DNA of 64,000 nucleotides from Candidatus Woesearchaeota archaeon (GTDB taxonomy: Archaea; Nanobdellota; Nanobdellia; Woesearchaeales; ARS49), in NCBI GenBank assembly GCA_038868995.1, contig JAWCRZ010000003.1, forward strand, positions 2,109 through 66,108, in the 5' to 3' direction. The notes beneath the pieces were generated by a model. The model saw only the letters and a program-made list of their open reading frames with translations, did no database searches and was not told the DNA's origin. Shown here one piece after another: positions 33,520 through 42,508 of this stretch (positions within the stretch are counted from its first letter, which is position 1; every line of letters begins with the position of its first letter). A program made the translations under genes and the position numbers.

Positions 33520-34188
33520 TTATAAAAGTTTCTTCACGATTTCTGCTATTTTGGAGTGTATCTCATCAATTGTCATCAGCCGTTCTCCTTCCATGCAGCT
33601 GATAAGTGTGAATTTTTGTGGAAAAAGTTTTGTTATTTCAATATACACTTGTTCTGCGCGTTTCAAATGCTCAATATCTTTCTCGTGCAAATCTCTTTTT
33701 TGGCCTCCAACATAGGCCCTGCTGTCTTTTTTGTCGACAAGTTGTTGCGCGATTTCTGCTGGGATGTGCAAAATTATGTTCAAATCCGGTCTTGGTATTC
33801 CGAGAATACCGTACTCAAGGTTGTCGTTCCAGGCAAAATATTCCTGTCTTTTTTTGGCGTCACCAATTTTGCCTCCTTGGTGTGCCATGTTTGAAGCTAC
33901 GTATCTGTTGCTGACTACGATTTTTCCTTCTTCAAGCGCCTGCCTTATTTTGCTTCCTGCTTCAAACCTGTCGAGTGCGTAGAAAAGCGATGCTGTGTGC
34001 GGAGGCAATTGTCCATATGCGCCGTTCAGATACCTTTCAACAAAATAGCAGCTTGGCTGCCCGTATTGCGGAAAGTCAAATACCGCCACGTTTTTTCCTT
34101 GGCTTCTCAGAAATTCAACCAGTTTTTGTGTTTGTGTTGCTTTTCCAGTGCCGTCTGTTCCTTCTATTACAATAAAAACCCCTTTCAT
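33520..34188 (-). CDS. tmk: thymidylate kinase
   Basis: It has the P-loop FIVIEGTDGTGKATQ and the DRY-like region SNRYVASNMAHQG. Confidence 0.85.
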   Translation of the reverse strand: MKGVFIVIEGTDGTGKATQTQKLVEFLRSQGKNVAVFDFPQYGQPSCYFVERYLNGAYGQLPPHTASLFYALDRFEAGSKIRQALEEGKIVVSNRYVASNMAHQGGKIGDAKKRQEYFAWNDNLEYGILGIPRPDLNIILHIPAEIAQQLVDKKDSRAYVGGQKRDLHEKDIEHLKRAEQVYIEITKLFPQKFTLISCMEGERLMTIDEIHSKIAEIVKKLL

Positions 34189-34212
34189 GTATTTGCTGGA
34201 ATTGATGTTCTA

Positions 34213-34689
34213 TTAATATTTTCCTAAGAGGTCCGCTGCTGCCGCTCCTACTGCTGTTGGCAAACTGATGGCAATGACGAGTTTGAAAACGCTGTATGGG
34301 TCTGCCACGAATTTGCCGACTCCATATAGAGACAAGAGCATGAATGATGTGAACAGCGCGATGAAGTAGTATGCGAAGAATCTTTTTGCCCAGAACTGGC
34401 CGAACTTTCTTTTCTGTTGCTCTGCTTTGGGAACTCGTGCATAACCGACAAAGTAGATCTCTGCAGTGAGTATTATCCATGTTGCAAGCGTGAGCATTAT
34501 GAGTTCCCAGTTTGTGAGTGCAAATCCAACATCGAACAGCAGTCCTTTGAGCACGAAGGTGAACCCGAAGAAAAGTGCGCCAAAGAATGCAGTGATTACG
34601 TGACGCATGTCGAAATGGGTTGGTGTCTTTTCCACCATGTGCAGTCGTATTGTGCGCACGTTTTCTGCTATTTCATCTATTTTTTTCAT
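34213..34689 (-). CDS. multi-TM membrane protein, paralog of the 27829 gene's TM domain
   Basis: 158 aa with about four hydrophobic helices. The C-terminal motif AAAADLLGKY is shared with 27829-28422. Confidence 0.5.
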   Translation of the reverse strand: MKKIDEIAENVRTIRLHMVEKTPTHFDMRHVITAFFGALFFGFTFVLKGLLFDVGFALTNWELIMLTLATWIILTAEIYFVGYARVPKAEQQKRKFGQFWAKRFFAYYFIALFTSFMLLSLYGVGKFVADPYSVFKLVIAISLPTAVGAAAADLLGKY

Positions 34690-34690
34690 T

Positions 34691-34942
34691 CTAGTAAAAC
34701 TCTACTTGTGGAAAGTCCTCTTTTTTCTCTTCGGGCGGTGCCTGTTCTGGCGTGCTTGGTGCTGAGTCAAACATGCTCATGAGGTTGGGCACTGCAGGAC
34801 TTGGGCTGTCAAAGATGTTTTGTTGGACTGGTTTTTCGGGCTCATTTGTATAAACTTCATGGCCTACCAGCCCCATCAGTAATTTGATTGCTTTTCGTAT
34901 TTCATCTTTTGAATCTGTTTTGGTGTCAATTGTTATTCTCAT
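34691..34942 (-). CDS. small hypothetical protein
   Basis: 83-aa ORF tightly packed between neighbouring genes (1-nt gaps). The C-terminal half is Pro/Ser-rich. Confidence 0.4.
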   Translation of the reverse strand: MRITIDTKTDSKDEIRKAIKLLMGLVGHEVYTNEPEKPVQQNIFDSPSPAVPNLMSMFDSAPSTPEQAPPEEKKEDFPQVEFY

Positions 34943-34943
34943 T

Positions 34944-36203
34944 TTAGCAGGGTATTCCTGTCTTTGAAATTTCGCTTTTGAGTTGGTTGACGTTGAATGT
35001 GAAGGTTGCGCTGAGCGTTGTTGCGCGGCGTGCTGTGTCAGTGCTTAGTAACATTTGGTTGTTTAGGTAGTTGAAGTATGTTGTTTGTGCTGAATAGTCC
35101 GCCCCGCAGACCGGAAGGTTTGCATTTACGTTTGTGCAGCCGTCTATTACCGGCTCAATGATTGACTGCACTGTTGTACAGTAATTTTTTGCTGTTCTGG
35201 TTATGTAGTCAAGCCATTCGGTGAAGCGCTTGTTTCCTTCAGGAGGTGTAAACGTAATTTGTTGCTGTGCAAGGGGTGTTGGAGATACAAGGTTGCAAGT
35301 CGGCTGGTACGGGGTAAAGGTGGGGTCTGGGTAGAGCAGTGATATTTGGTACTGCAAGTATTGTAGGTCTGCCTGCGCTAATGCGAGCTGTTGTCCTTGT
35401 AGCTGGCTGCAGGTCGCAACTGCGTTTTCGAGAGATTTGATGTATGGTTCAACAGCGGATATTTTTATTTGGCAGTCGTTTTCCTTGTATATCTGGTCGG
35501 GGAACGGCACGTTCACGCTTGGTTTTGTTGGGCACGCCAGTCCTTGTACTCCTATGATGATGTTTGAAGGCGCCGGTGGTATTGTGATGCATCCTTGTGT
35601 GCTGCAGTATTGGTCTTGTCCGCAAACAGCAGTGGTTATCCATTGGTCTCCAATGCATGCTTGGAGGTTGTTGCCTCTGCAGCGCCTTTGTCCTGGCGTG
35701 CAGTTTGGCCTTGTCGGCTTGCAACCATCTGTCGTGCAGTAGCTTCCTGACCTGCAGGTCGCCATTACTTCCCATTGTCCGTTGATGCATCCTTCAAGGT
35801 TTATTCCTGAGCATCTTCTGTCGCCTGTCCTGCATCCTGGCTGTATTGCCTTGCACCCGCTTAGAGTGCATGTTGTTCCGGGCCTGCATACCGCCATTGT
35901 TATCCACTCGTTTCCTATGCATCCCTGAAGGTTTGTTCCAACGCATCTTCTTCCGCCTTCTTTGCACGCCGGCTTTGGAACTGGAAGTATGTGCACTTCG
36001 TCGTCTGGATAAATTGGTTTTGGCTTCGGATATGGCTTTATTTTTTCCGGTGAAGGAAGTATTCTCATCTCTCCGTCTTCCAGGATTGCGTTTCCGGAAA
36101 TCTTTGCGTGTGCAAATACAATAAGTGCGGTGACAACAAGAATGCTGATGATGGCGTACAAGGCAAACGTCTTGACTTTCATATAACCTCTTTTGTCCAA
36201 CAC
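34944..36203 (-). CDS. membrane-anchored secreted protein with three tandem Cys-rich modules
   Basis: 419 aa with an N-terminal TM anchor. There are three modules of about 42-45 aa with the pattern C-x6-C-x7-C-x11-C-x6-C-x4-C. Confidence 0.6.
   Translation of the reverse strand: MLDKRGYMKVKTFALYAIISILVVTALIVFAHAKISGNAILEDGEMRILPSPEKIKPYPKPKPIYPDDEVHILPVPKPACKEGGRRCVGTNLQGCIGNEWITMAVCRPGTTCTLSGCKAIQPGCRTGDRRCSGINLEGCINGQWEVMATCRSGSYCTTDGCKPTRPNCTPGQRRCRGNNLQACIGDQWITTAVCGQDQYCSTQGCITIPPAPSNIIIGVQGLACPTKPSVNVPFPDQIYKENDCQIKISAVEPYIKSLENAVATCSQLQGQQLALAQADLQYLQYQISLLYPDPTFTPYQPTCNLVSPTPLAQQQITFTPPEGNKRFTEWLDYITRTAKNYCTTVQSIIEPVIDGCTNVNANLPVCGADYSAQTTYFNYLNNQMLLSTDTARRATTLSATFTFNVNQLKSEISKTGIPC
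35589..35966 (-). repeat. intragenic tandem triplication encoding the Cys-rich modules
   Basis: Residues about 80-205 of the 34944-36203 protein are CKEGGRRCVGTNLQGCIGNEWITMAVCRPGTTCTLSGC / CRTGDRRCSGINLEGCINGQWEVMATCRSGSYCTTDGC / CTPGQRRCRGNNLQACIGDQWITTAVCGQDQYCSTQGC. Confidence 0.6.
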
Positions 36204-36240
36204 ATCGAAAATTCACTATAAATACTTTGCTAATTGTAAA

Positions 36241-36311
36241 TGGGGCTGCGGAGGATCGAACTCCGGTCACAAGGTCCCGAACCTTGTATCTTGCCACTGG
36301 ACCACAGCCCC
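36241..36311 (-). tRNA. tRNA-Pro (anticodon CGG)
   Basis: Acceptor GGGGCTG/CAGCCCC, anticodon arm CAAGG-TTCGGGA-CCTTG, T arm CGGAG-TTCGATC-CTCCG, discriminator A. Confidence 0.9.
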
Positions 36312-36312
36312 G

Positions 36313-36384
36313 TGAGCCCGGCCAGATTCGAACTGGCGACCTTCTCCCTGTGAAGGAGACGTCATACCGCTAGACCACGGGCTC
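36313..36384 (-). tRNA. tRNA-Val (anticodon CAC)
   Basis: Acceptor GAGCCCG/CGGGCTC, anticodon arm TCTCC-TTCACAG-GGAGA, T arm GCCAG-TTCGAAT-CTGGC, discriminator A. It lies 1 nt upstream of tRNA-Pro. Confidence 0.9.
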
Positions 36385-36439
36385 CTGTTTTGTTTGCTCT
36401 ATAGAAGGGTTTAAAAGGTTTTTCAGGCAGAGACGGTTT

Positions 36440-37024
36440 ATGGAATGGGTAAACCATATTTATTTGAGAAATGTCGGTGGTTTGAAACAGCAGTTTAAGT
36501 CAAATAAGCCGTTTCCCCATCTTGTGCTTCCAGGTTTTTTTACTGGCAAAATCAATCGTGTTGCAGAGCAGGTTCTCAATGAGAAATTTGTTGAGCAGAA
36601 CTCTGATTTGTTCCAGTTCCAGCAGACAGACGATTGCAGGAAGGCAACACAGCCCGCTGTCAGGGATTTTTACAAGTTTTTTTCTTCAAAAGAGTTTATT
36701 TCTTTTATTTCACAAATAACCGGCGTGAAACTGGAATGGATTGATATGTCTGCTTTCATCTATGATGATACCGATTACCTGCTTCCGCACGATGACCGCC
36801 TGGAAGGCAGGAAAATAGCGTATGTAGTTCAGGTTGGCGATAATTTCAGCTTAAAGGATGGAGGCGCGCTGCAGTTTTTCAGGGATAAAAAAGTTGTAAA
36901 ATCCATTTTGCCCACATACAATACCTTTACTATTTTCAAAGTGTCTTCAAAATCCTGGCACCAAGTGCAGGAAGTGATGTGCAACAAGAGGCGTGTTTCA
37001 TTTGCAGGTTGGTTCCATGGCTAA
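36440..37024 (+). CDS. 2OG-Fe(II) oxygenase, prolyl-hydroxylase/Tpa1-OGFOD1 N-terminal-domain-like
   Basis: 194 aa. It has the N-terminal PFPHLVLPGFF, an H-x-D motif (LPHDD), and a distal His (SWHQV). Confidence 0.65.
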   Translation: MEWVNHIYLRNVGGLKQQFKSNKPFPHLVLPGFFTGKINRVAEQVLNEKFVEQNSDLFQFQQTDDCRKATQPAVRDFYKFFSSKEFISFISQITGVKLEWIDMSAFIYDDTDYLLPHDDRLEGRKIAYVVQVGDNFSLKDGGALQFFRDKKVVKSILPTYNTFTIFKVSSKSWHQVQEVMCNKRRVSFAGWFHG

Positions 37025-37547
37025 GCTCAATCCAGTATATAATGATGCGGTTGTTGCACAGGCAGCCGCTCATTTGAAAAAAAAGGGCAGTGTTCAGTTA
37101 ACTGAAATTCTCGTGCCCGGTGCATTGCGTGTTTTTGAAAATCTTAAATGGAAAAGAGCATATTATCCTGATAAATTCTCATTGCATTACTCCCATCCTC
37201 CTGTTGTTTGGAAGGAATTTCAAAAGCTTGTTTCAAAGCTGATAGGCAAGAAAGTGCATTGCAGCATGCAGTGCATTGCTCTTATGCCTGGCGATTATTC
37301 GCTTTTATACGATGCATTGAGGCATGGCAAGGGCTTTATTTTTATGTTCGATGTAAACACTGTTCCCGAGAGCTGCGGCGGCTATACAGTGTTTCTAAAG
37401 GGTAATGAGGAGGTTGTTCGTGTTGTTCCGAAGAGCAACACTTTTACAATTATAAATCAGTCCGGCTTGAAATCATTCCACAAGTATGTTAACCATCATG
37501 CCAAGAATCCAAGGATTTTTTTATGTGGTGTTGCGCTAGCTAAATAA
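37017..37547 (+). CDS. second double-stranded beta-helix-like protein lacking obvious metal ligands
   Basis: The ATG at 37017 overlaps the upstream oxygenase by 8 nt. GDYSLLYD sits where the H-x-D motif would be. This resembles the degenerate C-terminal domain of Tpa1/OGFOD1, which is inference. Confidence 0.4.
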   Translation: MAKLNPVYNDAVVAQAAAHLKKKGSVQLTEILVPGALRVFENLKWKRAYYPDKFSLHYSHPPVVWKEFQKLVSKLIGKKVHCSMQCIALMPGDYSLLYDALRHGKGFIFMFDVNTVPESCGGYTVFLKGNEEVVRVVPKSNTFTIINQSGLKSFHKYVNHHAKNPRIFLCGVALAK

Positions 37548-37578
37548 TTATATATCTCTTGTTTTGTTTTTTTTTGCA

Positions 37579-38148
37579 ATGCACTTAAGCAAAGAAATGG
37601 TGAAAAAGTTAATTCTCGAGCAGAACGCCATTACAAATTATTCTGATATTGAAGGCCAGCTTACCGCAAACGGCTTTGACGCGCGCCTTGCTGCTATTGT
37701 TGAGATTGAGAACGGTGGACGGCTTGCAATTTCAAAGAAGGACCATGTTGCGCCAAAACTGGGCAGTGCTGTTGTACTGAAGGGTTTTGAAGACCGGCTG
37801 TCTGGCTATGAAATGAAGGACGTGCAGGTCGTAGATACGGGTGTGGTAAAACTTGAGCGGCTGAAGCCCTATTTCGTGATAACCTGTGAAAAAGTGAATA
37901 CGCCAAGCAATTTGATGCTGCAGATTGCTCCAAGGACTTCCTTGTTCCGTCTTACGCAGTCCTTGCTTGGCTGCGGCCTTTCAGAAGCTGGCTATCAGGG
38001 TTTTCTTACTTTTATGATGGTGCCGCTGCTTGACAGTGAGATTGAGCTTGGCGCAAGGTTTGCTCAGTTGTCTTTTATCCGGTTGGATGGAGAGGCGTGT
38101 TACGGGCAGCAGAAGGAGTCAAGCTATCAGGGCGGGAAACTATTCTAG
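37579..38148 (+). CDS. dCTP deaminase/dUTPase superfamily protein
   Basis: The pattern NGFDARL...PYFVITCEKVNTPSNLMLQIAPRTSLFR...AGYQGFLTFMM...GARFAQLSF matches the dCTP deaminase fold. The track ORF begins at a TTG at 37564. Confidence 0.6.
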   Translation: MHLSKEMVKKLILEQNAITNYSDIEGQLTANGFDARLAAIVEIENGGRLAISKKDHVAPKLGSAVVLKGFEDRLSGYEMKDVQVVDTGVVKLERLKPYFVITCEKVNTPSNLMLQIAPRTSLFRLTQSLLGCGLSEAGYQGFLTFMMVPLLDSEIELGARFAQLSFIRLDGEACYGQQKESSYQGGKLF

Positions 38149-38939
38149 CCATAAATGCGCTGAAAGTTCAGCCAGACGTTGTTGGCAACTTCTTCAGGAG
38201 TGAAATTCTTCAACTGTGCGATTTTTTCAATAACTCCTTTGACATTTTCCGGCATGTTTGGAAAGCTTCCGTCTGGTGATAAATATGGCCCGTCTGTTTC
38301 CGTTGTTATCTGGTTGATTGGTGCCATTTCTGCCATTATTTGGAAATGCTGGCTGCGCGCGATGCTTGTCGGTATTGAAAAAATGTATCCGGTGTCTGCA
38401 GCTCTTTGTATCAGACTTTTTTTCCCTTCAAAGCAGTGGAGTACAACTTTCTTGAGTGTGCTTGATGTCAGCATGTTTATGCAGTCCTGTTCTGCTTTGC
38501 GCGTGTGGACAATAATTGGTTTTCTTAATTTTTCGGCAAACTCGATGATGCTTGCAAAATTATCCCGTTCCTGTTTTTGCAGTGCAGGATCTTTTACCCA
38601 GTGGTAGTCAAGTCCGATTTCTCCTACTGCTGCAATTTTATCTTTGTTTTTTTTGATAAACTCGAATTCGTTGTTCAAATCTATTGGTCCTTTGTGAGTG
38701 GTTAGTCCTGCTTCCACGTCTTGTACTATTCCAATAGCGTCAACAGGATATATGCCTAAACTTACACGTACAATATCTGGATATTTCTTTGCTATCTCTA
38801 ATGCTTCTCTGTTTGTTGGGGGGTTTATTCCGGAACAAATTATTGCTTTGACTCCTGCCTTCCTCGCATTGTTAATGACTTTGTCTAAGTCGGAATATGC
38901 CTTATGCATTAAGTGGCAGTGGTCGTCTATCAATATCAT
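38145..38939 (-). CDS. tatD: TatD family metal-dependent hydrolase/DNase
   Basis: It has the N-terminal ILIDDHCHL (HxH), EIGLDYHW, and later His and Asp motifs. Length is 264 aa. Confidence 0.85.
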   Translation of the reverse strand: MILIDDHCHLMHKAYSDLDKVINNARKAGVKAIICSGINPPTNREALEIAKKYPDIVRVSLGIYPVDAIGIVQDVEAGLTTHKGPIDLNNEFEFIKKNKDKIAAVGEIGLDYHWVKDPALQKQERDNFASIIEFAEKLRKPIIVHTRKAEQDCINMLTSSTLKKVVLHCFEGKKSLIQRAADTGYIFSIPTSIARSQHFQIMAEMAPINQITTETDGPYLSPDGSFPNMPENVKGVIEKIAQLKNFTPEEVANNVWLNFQRIYG

Positions 38940-39769
38940 AAGTGCTTCTTGAAGAATTCGCGCACGCGCTGTTTATATTCTTTGGGGTTTGCAGCGTAGC
39001 TCATGCCGTGGTCGATTCCAGGTATTATCCATATTTCTGCCATTTCTTTGTTTGTTGCATAAATTTTCTGTGACTGTTGTGGAGGAATCTGGCTGTCTTT
39101 GCCTCCGTGTATCAGCAACGTTGGCACGGTTACATGTGCAACGTATTTTTTGCTGTCTATTCCAAGGAAAATCCTGCCGTAAAGTTCTGTCATCCATACA
39201 AAAGGCGCCTTGAATGGTCCGAGGTAGGAGTACATTCTGCTGATGATGTCGTGTATGCTCGCATATCCGCTGTCTGCCACGATTGCCCTGATGTCCGGGT
39301 TGTTTGCTGCAATGAATGTGAATGCGCTGAGCGAAAACCCGTATGCCCCGAATATCTGGTTGATGTCTTTGCGTGTTTTCAGATATCTGACTGCCGCGTT
39401 GAAGTCCTCAATTTCCCGGGCGCCGCCGGTGGTTATATTGCCTTCGCTTTCTCCAAAGCTTCTGAAATCAAAGAAAAATAGATTGTAGTCCGGGTACAAG
39501 AACAGGGCAACGGGGAGGATGTTTCCCTTGTCAAATGGATAGCCGTGTCCTATAATAATTGTAGGGGCGTTCTTTTTTCCAAGAACCAGCCAGCCGGCGA
39601 GCGTGTAGCCGTCTGCTGTTTTGAACTTTATTTTTTCGTATTCGATGCCGTAGCTTTCAGGGGTTTCCCTGCTGCGGTATTTTGGAGGGTGTGTGTTCAG
39701 CCAGAAGTTGAACAGTGAGAAAAGTGCAATGAACAGGACAATATATAGCAGTATTTTCAAGGCGTTCAT
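38936..39769 (-). CDS. membrane-anchored alpha/beta hydrolase
   Basis: It has an N-terminal TM helix, a nucleophile elbow GFSLSA, and C-terminal GGKD and DHG motifs. Confidence 0.75.
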   Translation of the reverse strand: MNALKILLYIVLFIALFSLFNFWLNTHPPKYRSRETPESYGIEYEKIKFKTADGYTLAGWLVLGKKNAPTIIIGHGYPFDKGNILPVALFLYPDYNLFFFDFRSFGESEGNITTGGAREIEDFNAAVRYLKTRKDINQIFGAYGFSLSAFTFIAANNPDIRAIVADSGYASIHDIISRMYSYLGPFKAPFVWMTELYGRIFLGIDSKKYVAHVTVPTLLIHGGKDSQIPPQQSQKIYATNKEMAEIWIIPGIDHGMSYAANPKEYKQRVREFFKKHL

Positions 39770-40731
39770 ATGACTTTGTAAATTTCAATTGCAAGGAAGA
39801 TGAGGTATAATACGAGGAATGTCAGTCCGTGTTTCCAGGTAAGCTGTTTTTTGTTCATCCAGGCCATCATCAGTGTGATTGCCGTTGCAAGGAAGAATAA
39901 TGCATTTGCTGATTGTGCAAGGTTTATTTCAATCGGCTTTATTAGCGCGACAATTCCAAAGAAGAGAAGGAGTTCTATAATGAGCGAGCCGAGCAAATCT
40001 CCCAATCCAATGCTGGGGTGTGCTTTGAACAAACTTCGCAACTCAATTGCCACGTCTGGAATTGTTGTGCCTATTCCGATGACTGTGAGGGCGATAAAGA
40101 ATGATGGCAGTTCAAAATAGTTGGCTATCTGGACTGAGCTGAAAATGAGCCATCTTCCTGCAAGCATCAGCGCTGCAAGGCAGCCGAGGAAAATGAATGC
40201 GTCCCTCCAGAGCGATTTTAGCTCTATGTTTCTTCTTATGCGTCCCAGCGTGCCTTCCATCTGCCATAGCTTCATAAGATAGGCGATGAATGCGGCCACC
40301 ATGATGATTCCGTCTGCTCTGCTTAGCTGGCCATCGAGTGCCAGAACAAATGGCAGTATTAGTGCTATCCACATCAGGAGGCGTTTTCTTGTGAAAATGT
40401 TTGGCTCTAATTTGATTTTTTTGCCGATAACTGCAATAACTCCGAGTGCGAATGCTGCGTGCACCATGTTTGTTCCTATGATTGTTCCAAAGCCGATGCT
40501 TTCGTATCCTGTTAGGAATCCGGTGAGTGAGCTGATTATTTCTGGCGCCGATGCTGCCATTGCGACAACCACCAGTCCTATAATTGCGTCGCTTAGTCCT
40601 AATCGTCTGGCATAACGTGATATTCCATATACGAGCAAGTCAGCGCTTTTGAATAATATGAATAAGCTTGCAATTAGCACTATGCTGTTGAAAATCAGTG
40701 GGTGTGCAAGTTCTGCAGGTATGAATGGCAT
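39766..40731 (-). CDS. Ca2+/cation antiporter (CaCA, YrbG-like)
   Basis: It has two alpha-repeat motifs, GLSDAIIGLVVVAMAASAPEI and GDLLGSLIIELLL. The start at 40731 avoids overlap with the upstream gene. The track start is 40812. Confidence 0.75.
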   Translation of the reverse strand: MPFIPAELAHPLIFNSIVLIASLFILFKSADLLVYGISRYARRLGLSDAIIGLVVVAMAASAPEIISSLTGFLTGYESIGFGTIIGTNMVHAAFALGVIAVIGKKIKLEPNIFTRKRLLMWIALILPFVLALDGQLSRADGIIMVAAFIAYLMKLWQMEGTLGRIRRNIELKSLWRDAFIFLGCLAALMLAGRWLIFSSVQIANYFELPSFFIALTVIGIGTTIPDVAIELRSLFKAHPSIGLGDLLGSLIIELLLFFGIVALIKPIEINLAQSANALFFLATAITLMMAWMNKKQLTWKHGLTFLVLYLIFLAIEIYKVI

Positions 40732-40733
40732 TG

Positions 40734-41951
40734 TCAGAGCTCCGGCGGAGGTGGCGGCGAGGTGAAGAACTCGCAGTCCTGTTTTGTTGCAATGTCTGTG
40801 ATAAGCATGCATATGTTTTTATCGCCTGTCACAAGCCCGTATGCGGCATAGCAGTCGTCTTTTGATGGTGCTGTTTCGCATGCCTCTTTGTTGGCTTGCT
40901 GTCCTGCGATTGTGCCGATGCAGTTTGATTTCTCCTTGTAATCGCTTATTATGGCGCACAGGCCTGCGTCGTTCTTTCTTGCTGCAACAGTGCTGTAGCA
41001 CATGTCTTTGCTGTATGTGTCGGTTATCTTTCCGCAGTATTTTTCATCGCGCTGTGCTGCTGCCAGGTCTGCGTTGTAGTTGTTCAGGCACGTGTTGAGG
41101 GTGTTTGTGCATCCTTCGCTTGTGATGCCATGTGCCATTACTGCATAGCACCATTGGCCAGGGCTTTTTTCAGTGCATGCTGTTGTTTGTGGCGTGATTG
41201 TTGTGCTGGCTGCCTGTGCGATTGCCTGCGGCTCTCTTATGCCTAACAGCAAAAGGATTAGGAGGGCAAAAAGCAGGATGAAAATGCTTGGCAGAAGAAT
41301 GCTTATGAGTGCTCTTGCCTTGCTTATTCCGTGCATTATTGAAATGCCGGTTATTATGACTGCGAGTGTCCAAACTCCAATCACTATTTGTCCGGCAATT
41401 GGTATGAGTGATATCAGCATTCCTGGGATTGCGAGCGCTGTTGCGTATGCCAAGACTCTGTACGTTTGGTAAAACCGTCCTGTGCCTCCGAGTGCTATTG
41501 TTGAAACATGGAATATGCCTGCGCCTATGAAGGTGAAAGCGAACAGGAATATGATGAAACCAAATGTAATAACTGGCGTCAACAGCAAAACTGACTCCCT
41601 AACTAGTATTGAAAGGATGGGATATGCTTGAACCAATACTTGCAGTGCTATCACCCAGATTGAAGACAGCATTGCGCCGAGTATCAGCCCGGTAATCGCA
41701 ATGAAAAGCACCGGCTCTCCCATTCCTGTTTCCTCTTTTGCTGCACTGAATAATTGTCTTGGCGCCAAAATTGCTTTGCCTGCACGCCAGAAGTAGCCGC
41801 GCTTTTCAATTGGTGGTATTGCTATTTCTTCAAATGCTTTCTTGATGTCATCTTCAGCATAACCCGCATCTCTTAGCGCTTGTTTTACTTGTTCTGGCTT
41901 GAATCCTTTGGAGAGAACACTCTGTATGTACTCTATCAGCTCTTTTTTCAT
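40734..41951 (-). CDS. multi-TM (Yip1-like) membrane protein with extracellular Cys-rich repeats
   Basis: 405 aa. It has an N-terminal soluble helical segment, five or more TM helices, and a C-terminal series of roughly 17-aa repeats, each ending in Cys (DxC..., KxxC...). Confidence 0.5.
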   Translation of the reverse strand: MKKELIEYIQSVLSKGFKPEQVKQALRDAGYAEDDIKKAFEEIAIPPIEKRGYFWRAGKAILAPRQLFSAAKEETGMGEPVLFIAITGLILGAMLSSIWVIALQVLVQAYPILSILVRESVLLLTPVITFGFIIFLFAFTFIGAGIFHVSTIALGGTGRFYQTYRVLAYATALAIPGMLISLIPIAGQIVIGVWTLAVIITGISIMHGISKARALISILLPSIFILLFALLILLLLGIREPQAIAQAASTTITPQTTACTEKSPGQWCYAVMAHGITSEGCTNTLNTCLNNYNADLAAAQRDEKYCGKITDTYSKDMCYSTVAARKNDAGLCAIISDYKEKSNCIGTIAGQQANKEACETAPSKDDCYAAYGLVTGDKNICMLITDIATKQDCEFFTSPPPPPEL

Positions 41952-42031
41952 TAGATGCTTTCCAATAAAAGTTGATTTATAAAGGTTATTGATTCGTAAA
42001 CCTTATATATTGGCTGTCTTCCCATCGAAGC

Positions 42032-42439
42032 ATGCCAGTAGTCGGATTGCAGTTCAATAAGATTACCGTTGAAAAGGTAGCCCCGGTAAAAGGCAAAGTT
42101 TCTGTTAACAATAACGTTGCAATTAAGGATGTTGAAAAAACCGACTTGTCGATTGGTGCTTCGAAGCAGGGTGCTTTAAAGTTCCATTTTGAGTTTACCG
42201 CTAATTATGAGCCAAAGATTGCAAACATTACGATTCTTGGTTTTTTGACTTTTTTTGAAAAGCCCGAGCAGGTAAAGTCCATTGCAGATGGTTGGAAGAA
42301 GGACAAGAAGCTTCCAAAGGAAGTAATGTCTAGTGTCCTTAATACAGTATTATCCCGTTGTAATATAGAGGCAATGCTGTTTGCACGGGAAGTCAATCTT
42401 CCTCCGCCAATTCCTTTGCCCAAGGTTCAAGTTAAGTGA
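42032..42439 (+). CDS. hypothetical protein
   Basis: 135-aa ORF upstream of cdc48 with no motif recognised. Confidence 0.45.
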   Translation: MPVVGLQFNKITVEKVAPVKGKVSVNNNVAIKDVEKTDLSIGASKQGALKFHFEFTANYEPKIANITILGFLTFFEKPEQVKSIADGWKKDKKLPKEVMSSVLNTVLSRCNIEAMLFAREVNLPPPIPLPKVQVK

Positions 42440-42508
42440 TTTTCTTCACTTATTAGGGAAAACTTTTTATATGGCAATTGATATAATAATATGTGATTTT
42501 GAGGGGTT

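Noticed and set aside
35437-36297. Several overlapping ORFs (62-167 aa) in both orientations over the Cys-rich protein gene and the tRNA-Pro region.
   Set aside because: They are alternative-frame artefacts of the repetitive GC-richer Cys-module DNA. One of them runs into the tRNA-Pro gene.
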